A DNA stretch of 64,000 nucleotides from Alphaproteobacteria bacterium (lineage in GTDB: Bacteria > Pseudomonadota > Alphaproteobacteria > UBA2966): NCBI GenBank assembly GCA_964291395.2, contig OZ219858.1, positions 558,378-622,377 on the forward strand, in the 5' to 3' direction. Every line of letters starts with the position of its first letter. Within the stretch, counting starts at the first letter, position 1. Below the pieces are notes generated by a model. The model did not search any database, was not told the DNA's origin, and saw only the letters and a program-made list of their open reading frames with translations. The translations under genes were made by a program, and so were the position numbers. Shown in pieces: positions 26,824 through 35,878 of this stretch.

Positions 26824-27783
26824 ATGGAACCGATCATCGGAGGCGAGGGACCGCCCGGTTCGGGCGGCAACGGATCATTGGTCAAGGACGGGGACACGGC
26901 GTCCTTCGGCGATGACGTCATCCGGGCCTCGATGGAGGTGCCCGTCATCGTCGACTTCTGGGCGCCCTGGTGCGGCCCGTGCAAACAGCTTGGGCCGGCG
27001 ATCGAAAAGGTGGTCGCGGCCGCCGCGGGTGCCGTGAAACTCGTCAAGATCAACGTCGACGAGAATCAGCAGCTCGCCGCGCAATTGCGGGTGCAGTCGA
27101 TTCCGGCGGTGTTCGCCTTCAAGAACGGTCAACCGGTTGACGGCTTCGTCGGCGCCCTGCCCGAAAGTCAGATCAAGGCGTTCGTCGAACGCCTTGCCGG
27201 CGAGATCGGTCCATCCCCCGTGGAAGAGGCGACCGCCCAGGCGCGGGCGTTTCTCGAGGCGGGCGATCTCGCGTCCGCGGCGGGACTGTTCGGCGAGGCG
27301 TTGAAGGCCGAGCCCGGAAATCCCGGCGCGGCGGCCGGACTGGCCAAGTGCTACATGGAGAACGGCGATCTGGAACAGGCGCGCCAGACCCTGTCGGTGG
27401 TGCCGCCGGAACACCGCGATGCCCGAAAGTCAGATTCAAGGCGTTCGTCGAATGCCGGCGAGATCGCCGAGGTGCGCAGCGTCGAGGCCGCGCTGACGTT
27501 GGCGGAAAACGCCGGCGATACGGGCGACGTTCAGGAACTGCGCGGCAAGCTCGATAGCGACCCGACCGATCATCAGGCGCGCTTCGAGTTGTCGGAAGCG
27601 TTGATGGCCGCGGGCCGGCGCGAGGAGGCGGTGAGCGAGCTTCTCGAGCTCGTTCGCCGGGACCGCAACTGGAATGACGAGGCCGCCAGAAAGCAGCTCA
27701 TCACGCTCTTCGAGGCGTTCGGGCCGACGGACGAGCTCACCGTCAGCGGACGCCGCCAACTGTCGTCCCTCCTGTTCTCGTGA
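26824..27783 (+). CDS. ybbN: Thioredoxin-domain plus TPR co-chaperone (YbbN/CnoX type)
   Basis: ATG at 26824. The thioredoxin core is VIVDFWAPWCGPCKQLGP, followed by a TPR-like C-terminal half ending ...[32 protein letters not shown]. Confidence 0.85.
   Translation: MEPIIGGEGPPGSGGNGSLVKDGDTASFGDDVIRASMEVPVIVDFWAPWCGPCKQLGPAIEKVVAAAAGAVKLVKINVDENQQLAAQLRVQSIPAVFAFKNGQPVDGFVGALPESQIKAFVERLAGEIGPSPVEEATAQARAFLEAGDLASAAGLFGEALKAEPGNPGAAAGLAKCYMENGDLEQARQTLSVVPPEHRDARKSDSRRSSNAGEIAEVRSVEAALTLAENAGDTGDVQELRGKLDSDPTDHQARFELSEALMAAGRREEAVSELLELVRRDRNWNDEAARKQLITLFEAFGPTDELTVSGRRQLSSLLFS
27159..27208 (+). repeat. Copy A of an imperfect intragenic direct repeat in ybbN
   Basis: gcccgaaagtcagatcaaggcgttcgtcgaacgccttgccggcgagatcg, encoding LPESQIKAFVERLAGEIG. 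Confidence 0.9.
27421..27466 (+). repeat. Copy B of the intragenic direct repeat in ybbN (one extra T and a 5-nt deletion relative to copy A)
   Basis: gcccgaaagtcagattcaaggcgttcgtcgaatgccggcgagatcg. It is read in a different frame over most of its length (ARKSDSRRSSNAGEI). Confidence 0.9.
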
Positions 27784-28442
27784 ACACGTCACCGACCGCC
27801 GCGCTGGACACGCTGTCGCCCACCATTCCGGTGTTTCCGCTGTCGGGCGCGTTGCTGCTGCCGCGCGGCGAGCTTCCCCTCCATGTCTTCGAGCGGCGCT
27901 ACCGCGACATGGTGCGCGACAGCGCCGCCGGCCACGGCCTCATCGGCATGGTCCAACCGACGCAACCCGAATCGACGGCGGACCATCCCGACCTCTACGG
28001 AACCGGCTGCGTGGGACGCATGTCCGCCCTGCGTCAAACGGACGACGGCCGGTACTACATGACGCTGATCGGACTGTGCCGGTACGACATCGTGGAAGAG
28101 CTCCCGATGACGCATGCCTATCGCGAGGTCGTCGCGGACTACCGGCGGTATCTCTCCGATATCGACCCGGCCGAATCGGCCGCGACGGATCGCGAAAAAC
28201 TCCTGTCCGCGTTGCAGGGCTATCTCGATGCGCAGGACCTGGAAACGGATTGGGGCCAGATGGATCGGGTCGACGAGGAAACGCTCGTCAACGCGCTGGC
28301 CATGGCGTGCCCGTTCGACCCCCGTGAAAAACAGGCGCTCCTGGAGGCGGGGAACGTCCGCGAGCGTTCGGAAATCCTGACGTCCTTGTTCACCATGAGC
28401 GGCCACGCCGCGCGCGGCGCGACGCCGTCTTCCATGCAGTGA
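27780..28442 (+). CDS. LON substrate-binding (N-terminal) domain protein
   Basis: GTG start overlaps the ybbN stop. [30 protein letters not shown] is the LON N-domain signature. Confidence 0.8.
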   Translation: MNTSPTAALDTLSPTIPVFPLSGALLLPRGELPLHVFERRYRDMVRDSAAGHGLIGMVQPTQPESTADHPDLYGTGCVGRMSALRQTDDGRYYMTLIGLCRYDIVEELPMTHAYREVVADYRRYLSDIDPAESAATDREKLLSALQGYLDAQDLETDWGQMDRVDEETLVNALAMACPFDPREKQALLEAGNVRERSEILTSLFTMSGHAARGATPSSMQ

Positions 28443-28494
28443 CCTTCGTCGGGACGCGTGGCCAAGCCGTACCTGCACGATACCGGAGCGCGCG

Positions 28495-28719
28495 ATGAGC
28501 GATAAGGAAAGCACGGTCGATCCCAAGCTTCTGGAGATCCTGGTCTGCCCGTTGACCAAAGGGCCCTTGCGTTACGATCACGCGGCGCAGGAGCTCGTCA
28601 GCGAACAGGCCGGACTGGCCTATCCCATACGCGACAGCATTCCCATCATGCTCGTCGACGAGGCCCGGCAGCTCGATGACGGCGGGACGTCCGAAGCCCG
28701 TTCCCCGGACGATGACTGA
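28495..28719 (+). CDS. Trm112 family (UPF0434) small protein
   Basis: [17 protein letters not shown]...[18 protein letters not shown] is the conserved Trm112/YcaR pattern. Confidence 0.85.
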   Translation: MSDKESTVDPKLLEILVCPLTKGPLRYDHAAQELVSEQAGLAYPIRDSIPIMLVDEARQLDDGGTSEARSPDDD

Positions 28720-29086
28720 GCGGCCGGGGCCGGTTCCGCGGCCCACCGAGGTTCGGCTCAAGAAGGAGGAGAAGGCGCTCGAGATCGATTTCGACGACGG
28801 GAGCTCGTTCCGGTACCCCGCGGAATTCCTCCGGGTCGAAAGTCCGTCCGCGGAAGTCCAGGGTCACGGTCCCGACCGGAAGGTCACCGTCGCCGGCCGC
28901 CGGCACGTGGGAATCCTCGGGCTGGAGTCGATCGGTCACTACGCGCTGAGAATAAGGTTCGACGATCTGCACGATACGGGCATCTATTCGTGGGACTACC
29001 TTTACGGCCTGGGGCGCGACCGGGACGAGGTCTGGCGGCGTTATCTGGACGCCCTGGAATCTCAGGGTCTCAGCCGCGACCCCTGA
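28712..29086 (+). CDS. DUF971 (gamma-butyrobetaine hydroxylase-like N-terminal domain) protein
   Basis: ATG at 28712 overlaps the Trm112 stop. [26 protein letters not shown]...[22 protein letters not shown] is typical of DUF971. Confidence 0.75.
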   Translation: MTERPGPVPRPTEVRLKKEEKALEIDFDDGSSFRYPAEFLRVESPSAEVQGHGPDRKVTVAGRRHVGILGLESIGHYALRIRFDDLHDTGIYSWDYLYGLGRDRDEVWRRYLDALESQGLSRDP

Positions 29087-29097
29087 GCCGCGGGGCC

Positions 29098-30333
29098 TCA
29101 CAAGGCGGTCCCGCGAAGCATCCGCGGCAGCTTGCCGACGGTGCCCTGCGCGTGGCGCACGAAGAACCTTTTCAGCGGAGGCAATCGGTTTACGGCGGCC
29201 AGGCCCGCGCCCCGCGCCATCTTCACGGCGCCGATGTCGTAGGAGAACAGGCGGTTGAGTCCGTCGGTCACGGCGAGAAGCGTCATGGAATCGAACCGCC
29301 GCCACGTTTCGTAGCGGGAGAGGACGTCGGGGCCTCCGATATCGAGTCCGAGACGGGCGACGTCAACGACGGCTTCCGCCAGCGCCGCGACGTCGCGGAA
29401 CCCCAGGTTGAGGCCCTGCCCGGCAATGGGATGCATCCCGTGCGCGGCGTCCCCGACGAGCGCCAGCCGCCGGGCGCGATAGGTATCCGCATTGTGCAGC
29501 GCCAGCGGATAGCTCCAGCGGGGGCCGACGCTCGCCACGTGTCCGAGAAAGTCCCCGAACCTGTCTCTCATCTCGTCGTCGAAGGCGGTGTCGTCCAGTT
29601 CGATCAGCCTGTCGGCCACGGCCGAGGGCTCGGTCCACACGAGGGACGAACGGTTGCCGGTCAAGGGCAGAATGGCGAACGGCCCGGCGGGGAGGAACCG
29701 TTCGTGCGCGACGCCGCGGTGAGGGCGTTCGTGAACCGCCGTGCAGACGATCCCGGACTGCGCGTAGGACCAGCCGCGGACGCGGATGCCCGCCGCTTCG
29801 CGTAGCGGCGAGGCGCGGCCGTCGGCCGCGGCCACCAGACGGCCGCGAAGAACTTCGCCGTCGGCCAGGCGGGCGACCGCGGCATTCCCGGACCGCTCCA
29901 GGCCGCTCAATTCGGCGGGCGCGAACAGCTCGATGTTCGCGATTTCCGAGATTGCCGCGAACAGTCCTCGCCGCAGGTGACGGTTCTCCAGCATGAACCC
30001 CAGCGGACCGTCGCCCAGCTCGCGGTGATCGTAGTGCAGGAACAGGAGGGAGTCGCCCTCGCTGATCCGGATGTCGAGAATGGGTTGCGCGCCGGCCGTC
30101 AGATGCTTCCAGGCTCCGATCGCTTCCAGGGCGCGGCAGCTCGCGTGGGAAATGGCGGACGCCCGTCCGTCGAACGGAACGTCGACCATCGTGGCCGGAT
30201 CCAGCCGGTCCACCAGCGCCACGCGCAGCCCGGCCCCGCCCAGCGCCACGGCGAGAGCGGATCCGATCAGGCCGCCCCCGACGATGATGACGTCGAAATC
30301 GGGTCCGGTCGGGTTGCGCCTGCTTGGGGCCAT
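29098..30333 (-). CDS. UbiH/UbiF/VisC/COQ6-family FAD-dependent ubiquinone-biosynthesis hydroxylase
   Basis: FDVIIVGGGLIGSALAVAL (FAD dinucleotide fold), LVGDAAHGMHPIAGQGLNLG, 411 aa. Confidence 0.85.
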   Translation of the reverse strand: MAPSRRNPTGPDFDVIIVGGGLIGSALAVALGGAGLRVALVDRLDPATMVDVPFDGRASAISHASCRALEAIGAWKHLTAGAQPILDIRISEGDSLLFLHYDHRELGDGPLGFMLENRHLRRGLFAAISEIANIELFAPAELSGLERSGNAAVARLADGEVLRGRLVAAADGRASPLREAAGIRVRGWSYAQSGIVCTAVHERPHRGVAHERFLPAGPFAILPLTGNRSSLVWTEPSAVADRLIELDDTAFDDEMRDRFGDFLGHVASVGPRWSYPLALHNADTYRARRLALVGDAAHGMHPIAGQGLNLGFRDVAALAEAVVDVARLGLDIGGPDVLSRYETWRRFDSMTLLAVTDGLNRLFSYDIGAVKMARGAGLAAVNRLPPLKRFFVRHAQGTVGKLPRMLRGTAL

Positions 30334-30579
30334 GAACCCGACATTGGGGGATTACATGCCCGAGTCGCAACCCTCGTGGCGGGATGCCGGCCATCGCCGG
30401 GCACGAGGATGGCCGCGCGGGCGGGCCATCGGGGCGAAGATTCCCGTCGGCCTTCGACATGGTCGCGGTCCGGTTGATGGCATCCAGGGCGTTGCCTCTT
30501 TCCGCGTGAGGGGGCGGGGCGTCCCGCGCTCTACTGCCGCGCCGCCGCCCATCACCGACGACCTCTTTACGCTTGGCTA

Positions 30580-30860
30580 TTTGGTGTTGTGCGCGGCGGG
30601 CGGCACGCCGAGCGCTTCCTCGACGGCTTCGAAGGCATCCTGCAGGTCGACGGCTATGCCGGCTACACCCGGCTCGCCCGGACGCGCGATGGGGTGAGGC
30701 TCGCCCACTGCTGGGCTCACGCCAGGCGCAGGCTGCGCGAGGTGTTCGACAGCACCGGCTCGAGGGTCGCGGCCGAGGGGCTGCGCCGGATTGCCGGGTT
30801 CTACGCCATCGAGGACGACATCCGTGGCGCTTCGCCCGAACGGCGCCGGGTCGAGCTGGA
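30580..30860 (+). mobile_element. IS66-family transposase fragment (about 90 codons of the DDE region only)
   Basis: RGGRHAERFLDGFEGILQVDGYAGYTRLARTRDGVRLAHCWAHARRRLREVF...GLRRIAGFYAIEDDIRG matches the conserved IS66 TnpC core (LQxDGYAGY ... CWAHxRR). Nothing recognisable flanks it on either side. Confidence 0.7.
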
Positions 30861-31007
30861 CACCGATGCCGTGGAAACCGCACCATCGATTACCGTGCCC
30901 ACGCTCAGCGCCGATAGCGAGCGGCATGCAAGTCCCGAGTCGCAGGGCTGTCATGGGGGACACGCAGCGTTATTGCTGCCTTGTATCGTGTGGGATACAA
31001 TTGGCCG

Positions 31008-31193
31008 GTGATCGGAATCCGTCAGACCGATGAGTACGAGAACTGGTTCCGGAAGCTTCGCGACAGGGAAGCGAAGGGACGGATCCTCATCCGCGTCAGG
31101 CGGTTGCCGCTTGGGAATCCGGGAGACGTGCGGCCTGTGGGCGGAGGCATCTCGGAACTTCGGATCGACTATGGGCCGGGCTATCGCGTGTAA
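31008..31193 (+). pseudogene. C-terminally truncated addiction-module killer protein (HigB/RelE-like)
   Basis: VIGIRQTDEYENWFRKLRDREAKGRILIRVRRLPLGNPGDVRPVGGGISELRIDYGPGYRV then a stop. Family members continue for about 35 more residues (YF...GG.K..Q..DI). Confidence 0.65.
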
Positions 31194-31195
31194 CG

Positions 31196-31552
31196 ATGAC
31201 TGGATCTGCAGAAGGTGCTGCGCCTGCGTTGGCCGGGACGCGGCCGTGGGACCCCGTGGAGTATCTGGAGACCCCGGATGATGTTATCGCCTATCTCGAA
31301 GCGGCCTTCGAGGACGGCGATCCGCGTGTGATTGCCGCGGCAGTGGGCGACGTCGCCCGCCGCCGGGGCATGACCTCCGTGGCGGCCAAGACCGGGCTCG
31401 GCAGGGAAAGCCTGTACAAGGCGCTTTCGCGAGACGGCAATCCGGGCTTTGCCACCATGCTCAACGTCCTGGAGGCCCTGGGACTGCGGCTTTGCCCACT
31501 GATAAAGGATCGGGAAGCGATTGGGCCGGGCAAAGTTGGCGAGGCCGGGTGA
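31196..31552 (+). CDS. higA: Addiction-module antidote protein, HigA family (HTH)
   Basis: WDPVEYLETPDDVIAYLEAAFEDGDPRVIAAAVGDVARRRGMTSVAAKTGLGRESLYKALSRDGNPGFATMLNVLEALGLRL is the canonical pattern. It starts 2 nt after the truncated toxin. Confidence 0.8.
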   Translation: MTGSAEGAAPALAGTRPWDPVEYLETPDDVIAYLEAAFEDGDPRVIAAAVGDVARRRGMTSVAAKTGLGRESLYKALSRDGNPGFATMLNVLEALGLRLCPLIKDREAIGPGKVGEAG

Positions 31553-31716
31553 CCCGCTTCGACGCGACCGGCCGCAGGCCCGACGACCACAACGGAAGCG
31601 GTCAACTCGTTTGGTACATGAACCGGTCGACTCGGAATGTTCGTGGCAGACTTTGCCGTCCTGCGTGACGTATCTCAATTGAGAGCCATACCGTTGGCAA
31701 CTGCGGAGGGCGTCCC

Positions 31717-31839
31717 ATGCCGGCTCGGACTTCGATGCTCCATGTCCGCGTGGACGATCCGCGGCCCGCGGTCCCGCATGAACGGGTAATGACCGACGCG
31801 CAGGCGCTGATCGACGGGAAGGGTCGTGCGCGATCTTGA
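31717..31839 (+). pseudogene. RelB/DinJ-type antitoxin remnant (40 codons)
   Basis: My translation: a GGAGGG RBS, then MPARTSMLHVRVDD... (the typical N-terminal beta-strand), followed by unrelated sequence and an early stop. Confidence 0.4.
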
Positions 31840-31975
31840 ATGGAGGGCCACGGCGGTCGCCAATCTCATGGCGATCGTCGACTACATTTCGGACGACAAT
31901 CCCGACGCCGCTCAAGCCCTGAAGGAAGACATCGAGGCCAAGGCATCGCGCTTGCGGGAGAACCCCCGACTTTAG
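31826..31975 (+). pseudogene. ParE/RelE-family toxin remnant (N-terminal ~49 codons, then stop/frameshift)
   Basis: My translation: VRDLEWRATAVANLMAIVDYISDDNPDAAQALKEDIEAKASRLRENPRL then TAG. This matches the ParE N-terminal helix-hairpin pattern, and the C-terminal beta-sheet part is missing. Confidence 0.5.
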
Positions 31976-32137
31976 ACGGACAGGAAGCAACCGAACGCCC
32001 TGCCCTCGCTGTCGCCCGGAATGCCGTCACCGGAGGCGAGCCCGTTTCCCCGACATCGCGCTCTCCCCGCGCGGGGTGTCCAGCCGCATCGACGAGCCGT
32101 TGCCGGTGTCGGGCCGGGTGGGTACTCTCGCGGCATA

Positions 32138-33496
32138 ATGAGCGCATGGCACGAGATGACCGCCCTGGAACTGGGGGCCGGGATCGCGGACGGCGGGATC
32201 GACGCGGTCGAACTCACCGAGCATTTCCTCGACAGGATCGATCGGGAGGATCCGGATCACCACATCTTCCTCCGGGCGACTCCCGAGCGGGCGGTCGCGG
32301 AGGCGGCCGCGGCCCGGGACCGTGCGGAGGCCCGGCTGCGCCGCAGTCCGCTCGACGGGGTCCCCATGTCGTGGAAGGACCTGGTCGCCATGGCGGGCGA
32401 ACCCACGACCGGCGGTTCTCCCCTGTTTGCGCAGCAGCCGCCGGCGATCCGGGACGCGCTTCTGCTGTCGCGCGCGACCCGAGCGGGGATGGTCTGCCTG
32501 GGAAGAACCAACCTGCCGGAATTCGCGTTCTCCGCCATGGGGATCAACCCCCATTTCGGGACGCCCCCGAATCCCTTCGATCCGGAAACCGCCCGCGTGC
32601 CCGGCGGCTCGTCCTCCGGCGCCGCCGTCTCGGTTTCGCGCGGGTTGGCGCCGGCCGCGATCGGGTCGGATACCGGCGGTTCGGTGCGCGTTCCCGCGGC
32701 CTGGAACGGCTTGGTCGGCCTCAAGACGACAGCGGGCGTTCTGTCGAACGACGGCGTGTTGCCGCTGGTCCGCGACCTCGACACCGTCGGCCCGCTGACC
32801 AGGGACGTCGCGGACGCCGCGGCGGTCTTCGCGATCCTCGCGGCGCAGGAGCCGATCGATCTTCAGGGCGCCTCCATCCGGAACGCGCGCTTCCTGCTCC
32901 CGGAGATGCTGTGGCGCGACGTCGACGGCGACATCGCCGACGTCATGGACAGGGCGATCGGGCGCCTCGAGACCGCGGGCGCCCGAATCACCCGCGAAGA
33001 GGTCCCGGAGCTCGACGAGGTGACGGAGATCTTTCTCTCATTCGGCGACCTGTTCAGTGCGACCGCGTACGCCGAGCTCCGCGAGAAGGTCGATGCCCAG
33101 CCCAACCTGGTGTACGAGCAGATTCTCCGGCGCCTCCATCTGTCCGTCGGCGCGACGGCCGTCGACGTCATTCATGCCTGGCTGGAGATCGATCGCTGCG
33201 CTGCGGCGTATCATGCCCGGGTGGCGCCCTTCACCGCGGTGCTGTGCCCGACCAGCACGATCTCGCCGCCGGTCATCGCCGAAGTGGAAAACGACGCCGA
33301 GGCCTATGCCGACGCGCAGCGGCGAATTCCGGTCAACACCAGAACCGGAAACCTCCTGCGGCTGTGCGCCGTGACGGTGCCGGCCGGCCTCGCGAACGGT
33401 CTCCCCGCGGGCCTGATGGTCTATGGCCCGCCCGACCGGGACCGCTACATTCTCAGGGTGGCCAAAGGGGTGGAAGACGCGCTACGCGTCACGTAA
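32138..33496 (+). CDS. Amidase-signature family amidase (second copy in the window)
   Basis: ATG at 32138. GGSSSGAAVSVSRGLAPAAIGSDTGGSVRVPAAWNGLVGLKTT. Confidence 0.85.
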   Translation: MSAWHEMTALELGAGIADGGIDAVELTEHFLDRIDREDPDHHIFLRATPERAVAEAAAARDRAEARLRRSPLDGVPMSWKDLVAMAGEPTTGGSPLFAQQPPAIRDALLLSRATRAGMVCLGRTNLPEFAFSAMGINPHFGTPPNPFDPETARVPGGSSSGAAVSVSRGLAPAAIGSDTGGSVRVPAAWNGLVGLKTTAGVLSNDGVLPLVRDLDTVGPLTRDVADAAAVFAILAAQEPIDLQGASIRNARFLLPEMLWRDVDGDIADVMDRAIGRLETAGARITREEVPELDEVTEIFLSFGDLFSATAYAELREKVDAQPNLVYEQILRRLHLSVGATAVDVIHAWLEIDRCAAAYHARVAPFTAVLCPTSTISPPVIAEVENDAEAYADAQRRIPVNTRTGNLLRLCAVTVPAGLANGLPAGLMVYGPPDRDRYILRVAKGVEDALRVT

Positions 33497-33647
33497 CCAC
33501 GCCTGATTAAATTTTAGACAGTCAGAAGTCTGTGCCTAATTTCTGGGCGGACTCCTTGCGCCCCGGACACCGGGACGGCTTTGGAAGCGAGTCTCCTCGG
33601 ACATATCGTCCAGCCATATCAGACGTTTAGGCCTCCCTTTCGAGAAC

Positions 33648-33662
33648 TGGCACGCAGTTTGA
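33648..33662 (+). promoter_or_regulatory. Candidate sigma-54 (-24/-12) promoter for glnK-amtB
   Basis: TGGCACGCAGTTTGA compared with the consensus TGGCAC-N5-TTGC, 63 nt upstream of the glnK ATG. glnK-amtB operons are classically NtrC/sigma-54 dependent. Confidence 0.55.
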
Positions 33663-33724
33663 ATTGTATGCCGGCAGCGGCGGCGAGACCCGCGCCCCTC
33701 GTCGCTCGTCATCGGGAGAAGTCC

Positions 33725-34063
33725 ATGAAATTCGTAACGGCCGTCATCAAACCCTCCAAGCTCGACGAGGTGCGTGAAGCGCTGACCGAGCTCGGCATTC
33801 AGGGCTTGACCGTCACCGAGGTGCAGGGTTTCGGACGCCGGAGGGGGCACACGGAGTTCTACCGGGGCGCCGAATACGCCGTGAACTTCGTGCCCAAGGT
33901 CAAGGTCGAAGTCGCCATGACCGACGACATGGAGGAGCGGGTGGTCGAATGCATTCGGCAGGCCGCCCGGACCGGCAGGATCGAGGACGGCAAGATCTTC
34001 GGCTGCGACCTCGATACCGCTGTCCGGATACGGACCGGCGAGACCGACGAACAGGCGCTATAG
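33725..34063 (+). CDS. glnK: Nitrogen regulatory protein P-II (GlnK type)
   Basis: 112 aa: MKFVTAVIKPSKLDEVREAL...GFGRRRGHTEFYRGAEY (T-loop with Tyr51)...DGKIF...RIRTGE. It lies immediately upstream of amtB. Confidence 0.9.
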   Translation: MKFVTAVIKPSKLDEVREALTELGIQGLTVTEVQGFGRRRGHTEFYRGAEYAVNFVPKVKVEVAMTDDMEERVVECIRQAARTGRIEDGKIFGCDLDTAVRIRTGETDEQAL

Positions 34064-34072
34064 GAGCCGGAC

Positions 34073-35362
34073 ATGACGAGACTCGAGAAAAGCACCCTGA
34101 CCTTGACGGCCGTCGTCGGCGCGGCGGCGGCCGCCGATCCGGCATTCGCCCGGGACGACGCGCTCAGCTCGGGCGATACGGCCTGGATGCTGACATCGAC
34201 GGTCATCGTCCTGATGATGACCGTCCCAGGCGTTGCCCTCTTCTACGGCGGCATGGTGCGCAAGAAGAACGTGCTGAGCACCGTGATGCACAGCTTTGCG
34301 GCGACCTGCCTGATCACGGTGATCTGGATGGTCGTCGGATACAGCCTCGCGTTCGCGGAAGGGTCCGGCTATGTCGGGGGTCTGGGCAAGCTGTTCCTTC
34401 GCGGCATGGCCGTGGATGCGATGAACGGGTCGATCCCGGAATCGGTTTTCATGACCTTCCAGATGACTTTCGCCATCATCACGGCGGCGTTGATCACGGG
34501 CGCGGTCGCGGAGCGGATGAAGTTCTCGGCCCTGCTCCTGTTCCTCGGGCTGTGGTCGATTCTCGTCTACTCGCCCGTCTGCTACTGGGTGTGGGGCGGC
34601 GGGTTCCTCGGCGGTGCGGGCGTCCTGGATTTCGCGGGCGGCACCGTCGTGCACATCAACTCCGGAGTCGCGGCGCTGGTCGCCGCCGTCGTGCTGGGCA
34701 AACGGGTCGGATACGGCCGCGAGAACCTGGCCCCGCACAACGTCGTGCTGACGGTGGTCGGCGCGTCGTTCCTTTGGGTCGGCTGGTTCGGGTTCAACGG
34801 CGGTTCGGCGGTCGCCGCGGACGGCGCCGCCGGCATGGCGATGGCGGTCACGCAAATTGCGGCCGCCGCCGCGGCGCTCGCCTGGATGCTTGCCGAATGG
34901 CTGACCCACCGGAAGCCGAGCGTCCTCGGCATCGCGTCCGGCGCCGTTGCCGGTCTCGTCGCGATCACCCCGGCCTCGGGCTTCGTCGGACCCGGCGGTG
35001 CCCTGGCGACCGGCCTGATCGCGGGCGTGATCTGCTTCTGGGGAGCGACCTGGCTGAAACACAGGATCGGCTACGACGACTCCCTCGACGTCTTCGCGGT
35101 TCACGGTCTCGGCGGCATCGCCGGCGCGCTCCTGACGGGCGTCTTCGCCGTCGAAGCGATCGGCGGCACGCCGGGAGCCCTCGAAGGCAACGTCGCGCAG
35201 ATCGGCACCCAGTTTTACGGGATCGTCGCGACCGTCGTCTATTGCGCCGTGGCGTCCCTGATCCTGCTCAAGATCATCGACGCCGTGGTCGGTCTCCGCG
35301 TCGACGAGGAGCAGGAGCGAGAGGGCCTGGACATCGCCCTCCACGGCGAAAGCGTCTCATAG
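34073..35362 (+). CDS. amtB: Ammonium transporter AmtB
   Basis: 429 aa. GDTAWMLTSTVIVLMMTVPGVALFYGG...DFAGGTVVHINSG...FAVHGLGGIAGALLTG are typical Amt motifs. Confidence 0.92.
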   Translation: MTRLEKSTLTLTAVVGAAAAADPAFARDDALSSGDTAWMLTSTVIVLMMTVPGVALFYGGMVRKKNVLSTVMHSFAATCLITVIWMVVGYSLAFAEGSGYVGGLGKLFLRGMAVDAMNGSIPESVFMTFQMTFAIITAALITGAVAERMKFSALLLFLGLWSILVYSPVCYWVWGGGFLGGAGVLDFAGGTVVHINSGVAALVAAVVLGKRVGYGRENLAPHNVVLTVVGASFLWVGWFGFNGGSAVAADGAAGMAMAVTQIAAAAAALAWMLAEWLTHRKPSVLGIASGAVAGLVAITPASGFVGPGGALATGLIAGVICFWGATWLKHRIGYDDSLDVFAVHGLGGIAGALLTGVFAVEAIGGTPGALEGNVAQIGTQFYGIVATVVYCAVASLILLKIIDAVVGLRVDEEQEREGLDIALHGESVS

Positions 35363-35505
35363 GACCGGGCCTTTCCCTGGCGCCCGGCGCGGCCCCGTGC
35401 CGTCCGGGCGCGTCGCTGCGGAAATGTTCCCGGGGGAAGGGGCCGGACCGGTAAGGGGTGTGACGGCTACCCCAGGATCGGAGTGGACGAATTGTAATCT
35501 TCACG

Positions 35506-35528
35506 CTACATATCTCTTGGAACTGTAG
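35506..35528. promoter_or_regulatory. Weak inverted repeat (CTACA-N13-TGTAG) upstream of hipB; possible operator
   Basis: Read directly in an AT-richer patch just upstream of the hipB ATG. The arms are short, so this is only a candidate. Confidence 0.2.
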
Positions 35529-35542
35529 TGCGAAGATGCCAT

Positions 35543-35878
35543 ATGCCGACTCCTCACAATCCTCCCGCCGCCGTCCGGCGGGCACTGCGCAAACTCGGAG
35601 CGGACATCCGTGATGCCCGTCGCCGCCGGCGGCTGCCCATGGCGGTCGTGGCGGAGCGCGCCTTCACGTCCCGCTCCACCCTTCAAAAGGTCGAAGCCGG
35701 CGACACCAATGTCGGCATCGGCATCTACGCCGGTGTCCTGCAGGCGCTCGGCCTGCTCGACGGCCTGAGCCGGATTGCCGACATCGGCAATGACAGCGTC
35801 GGACAGGCCCTCGCCAGCGCCGCGCTGCCCAGGCACGTCCATCTCAGGCGGCCGACCGGATCGTCCCGCGATGGCTGA
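35543..35878 (+). CDS. hipB: XRE-family HTH antitoxin (HipB-like)
   Basis: ALRKLGADIRDARRRRRLPMAVVAERAFTSRSTLQKVEAGDTNVGIGIYAGVLQALGL is a Cro/C1-type HTH. Its stop overlaps the hipA start. Confidence 0.8.
   Translation: MPTPHNPPAAVRRALRKLGADIRDARRRRRLPMAVVAERAFTSRSTLQKVEAGDTNVGIGIYAGVLQALGLLDGLSRIADIGNDSVGQALASAALPRHVHLRRPTGSSRDG

Noticed and set aside
29363-30886. 507-aa minus-strand ORF overlapping the ubiH-family gene and the IS66 fragment
   Set aside because: It is an off-frame reading of the ubiH-family gene region, with an R/P/G/A-rich translation and no motifs.
31181-33510. ORFs 31181..31990 (-) and 31840..33510 (+, 556 aa)
   Set aside because: The first is antisense to the higA-like gene and the TA remnants. 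The second is an alternative frame of the amidase gene. Both have arginine-rich, motif-free translations.
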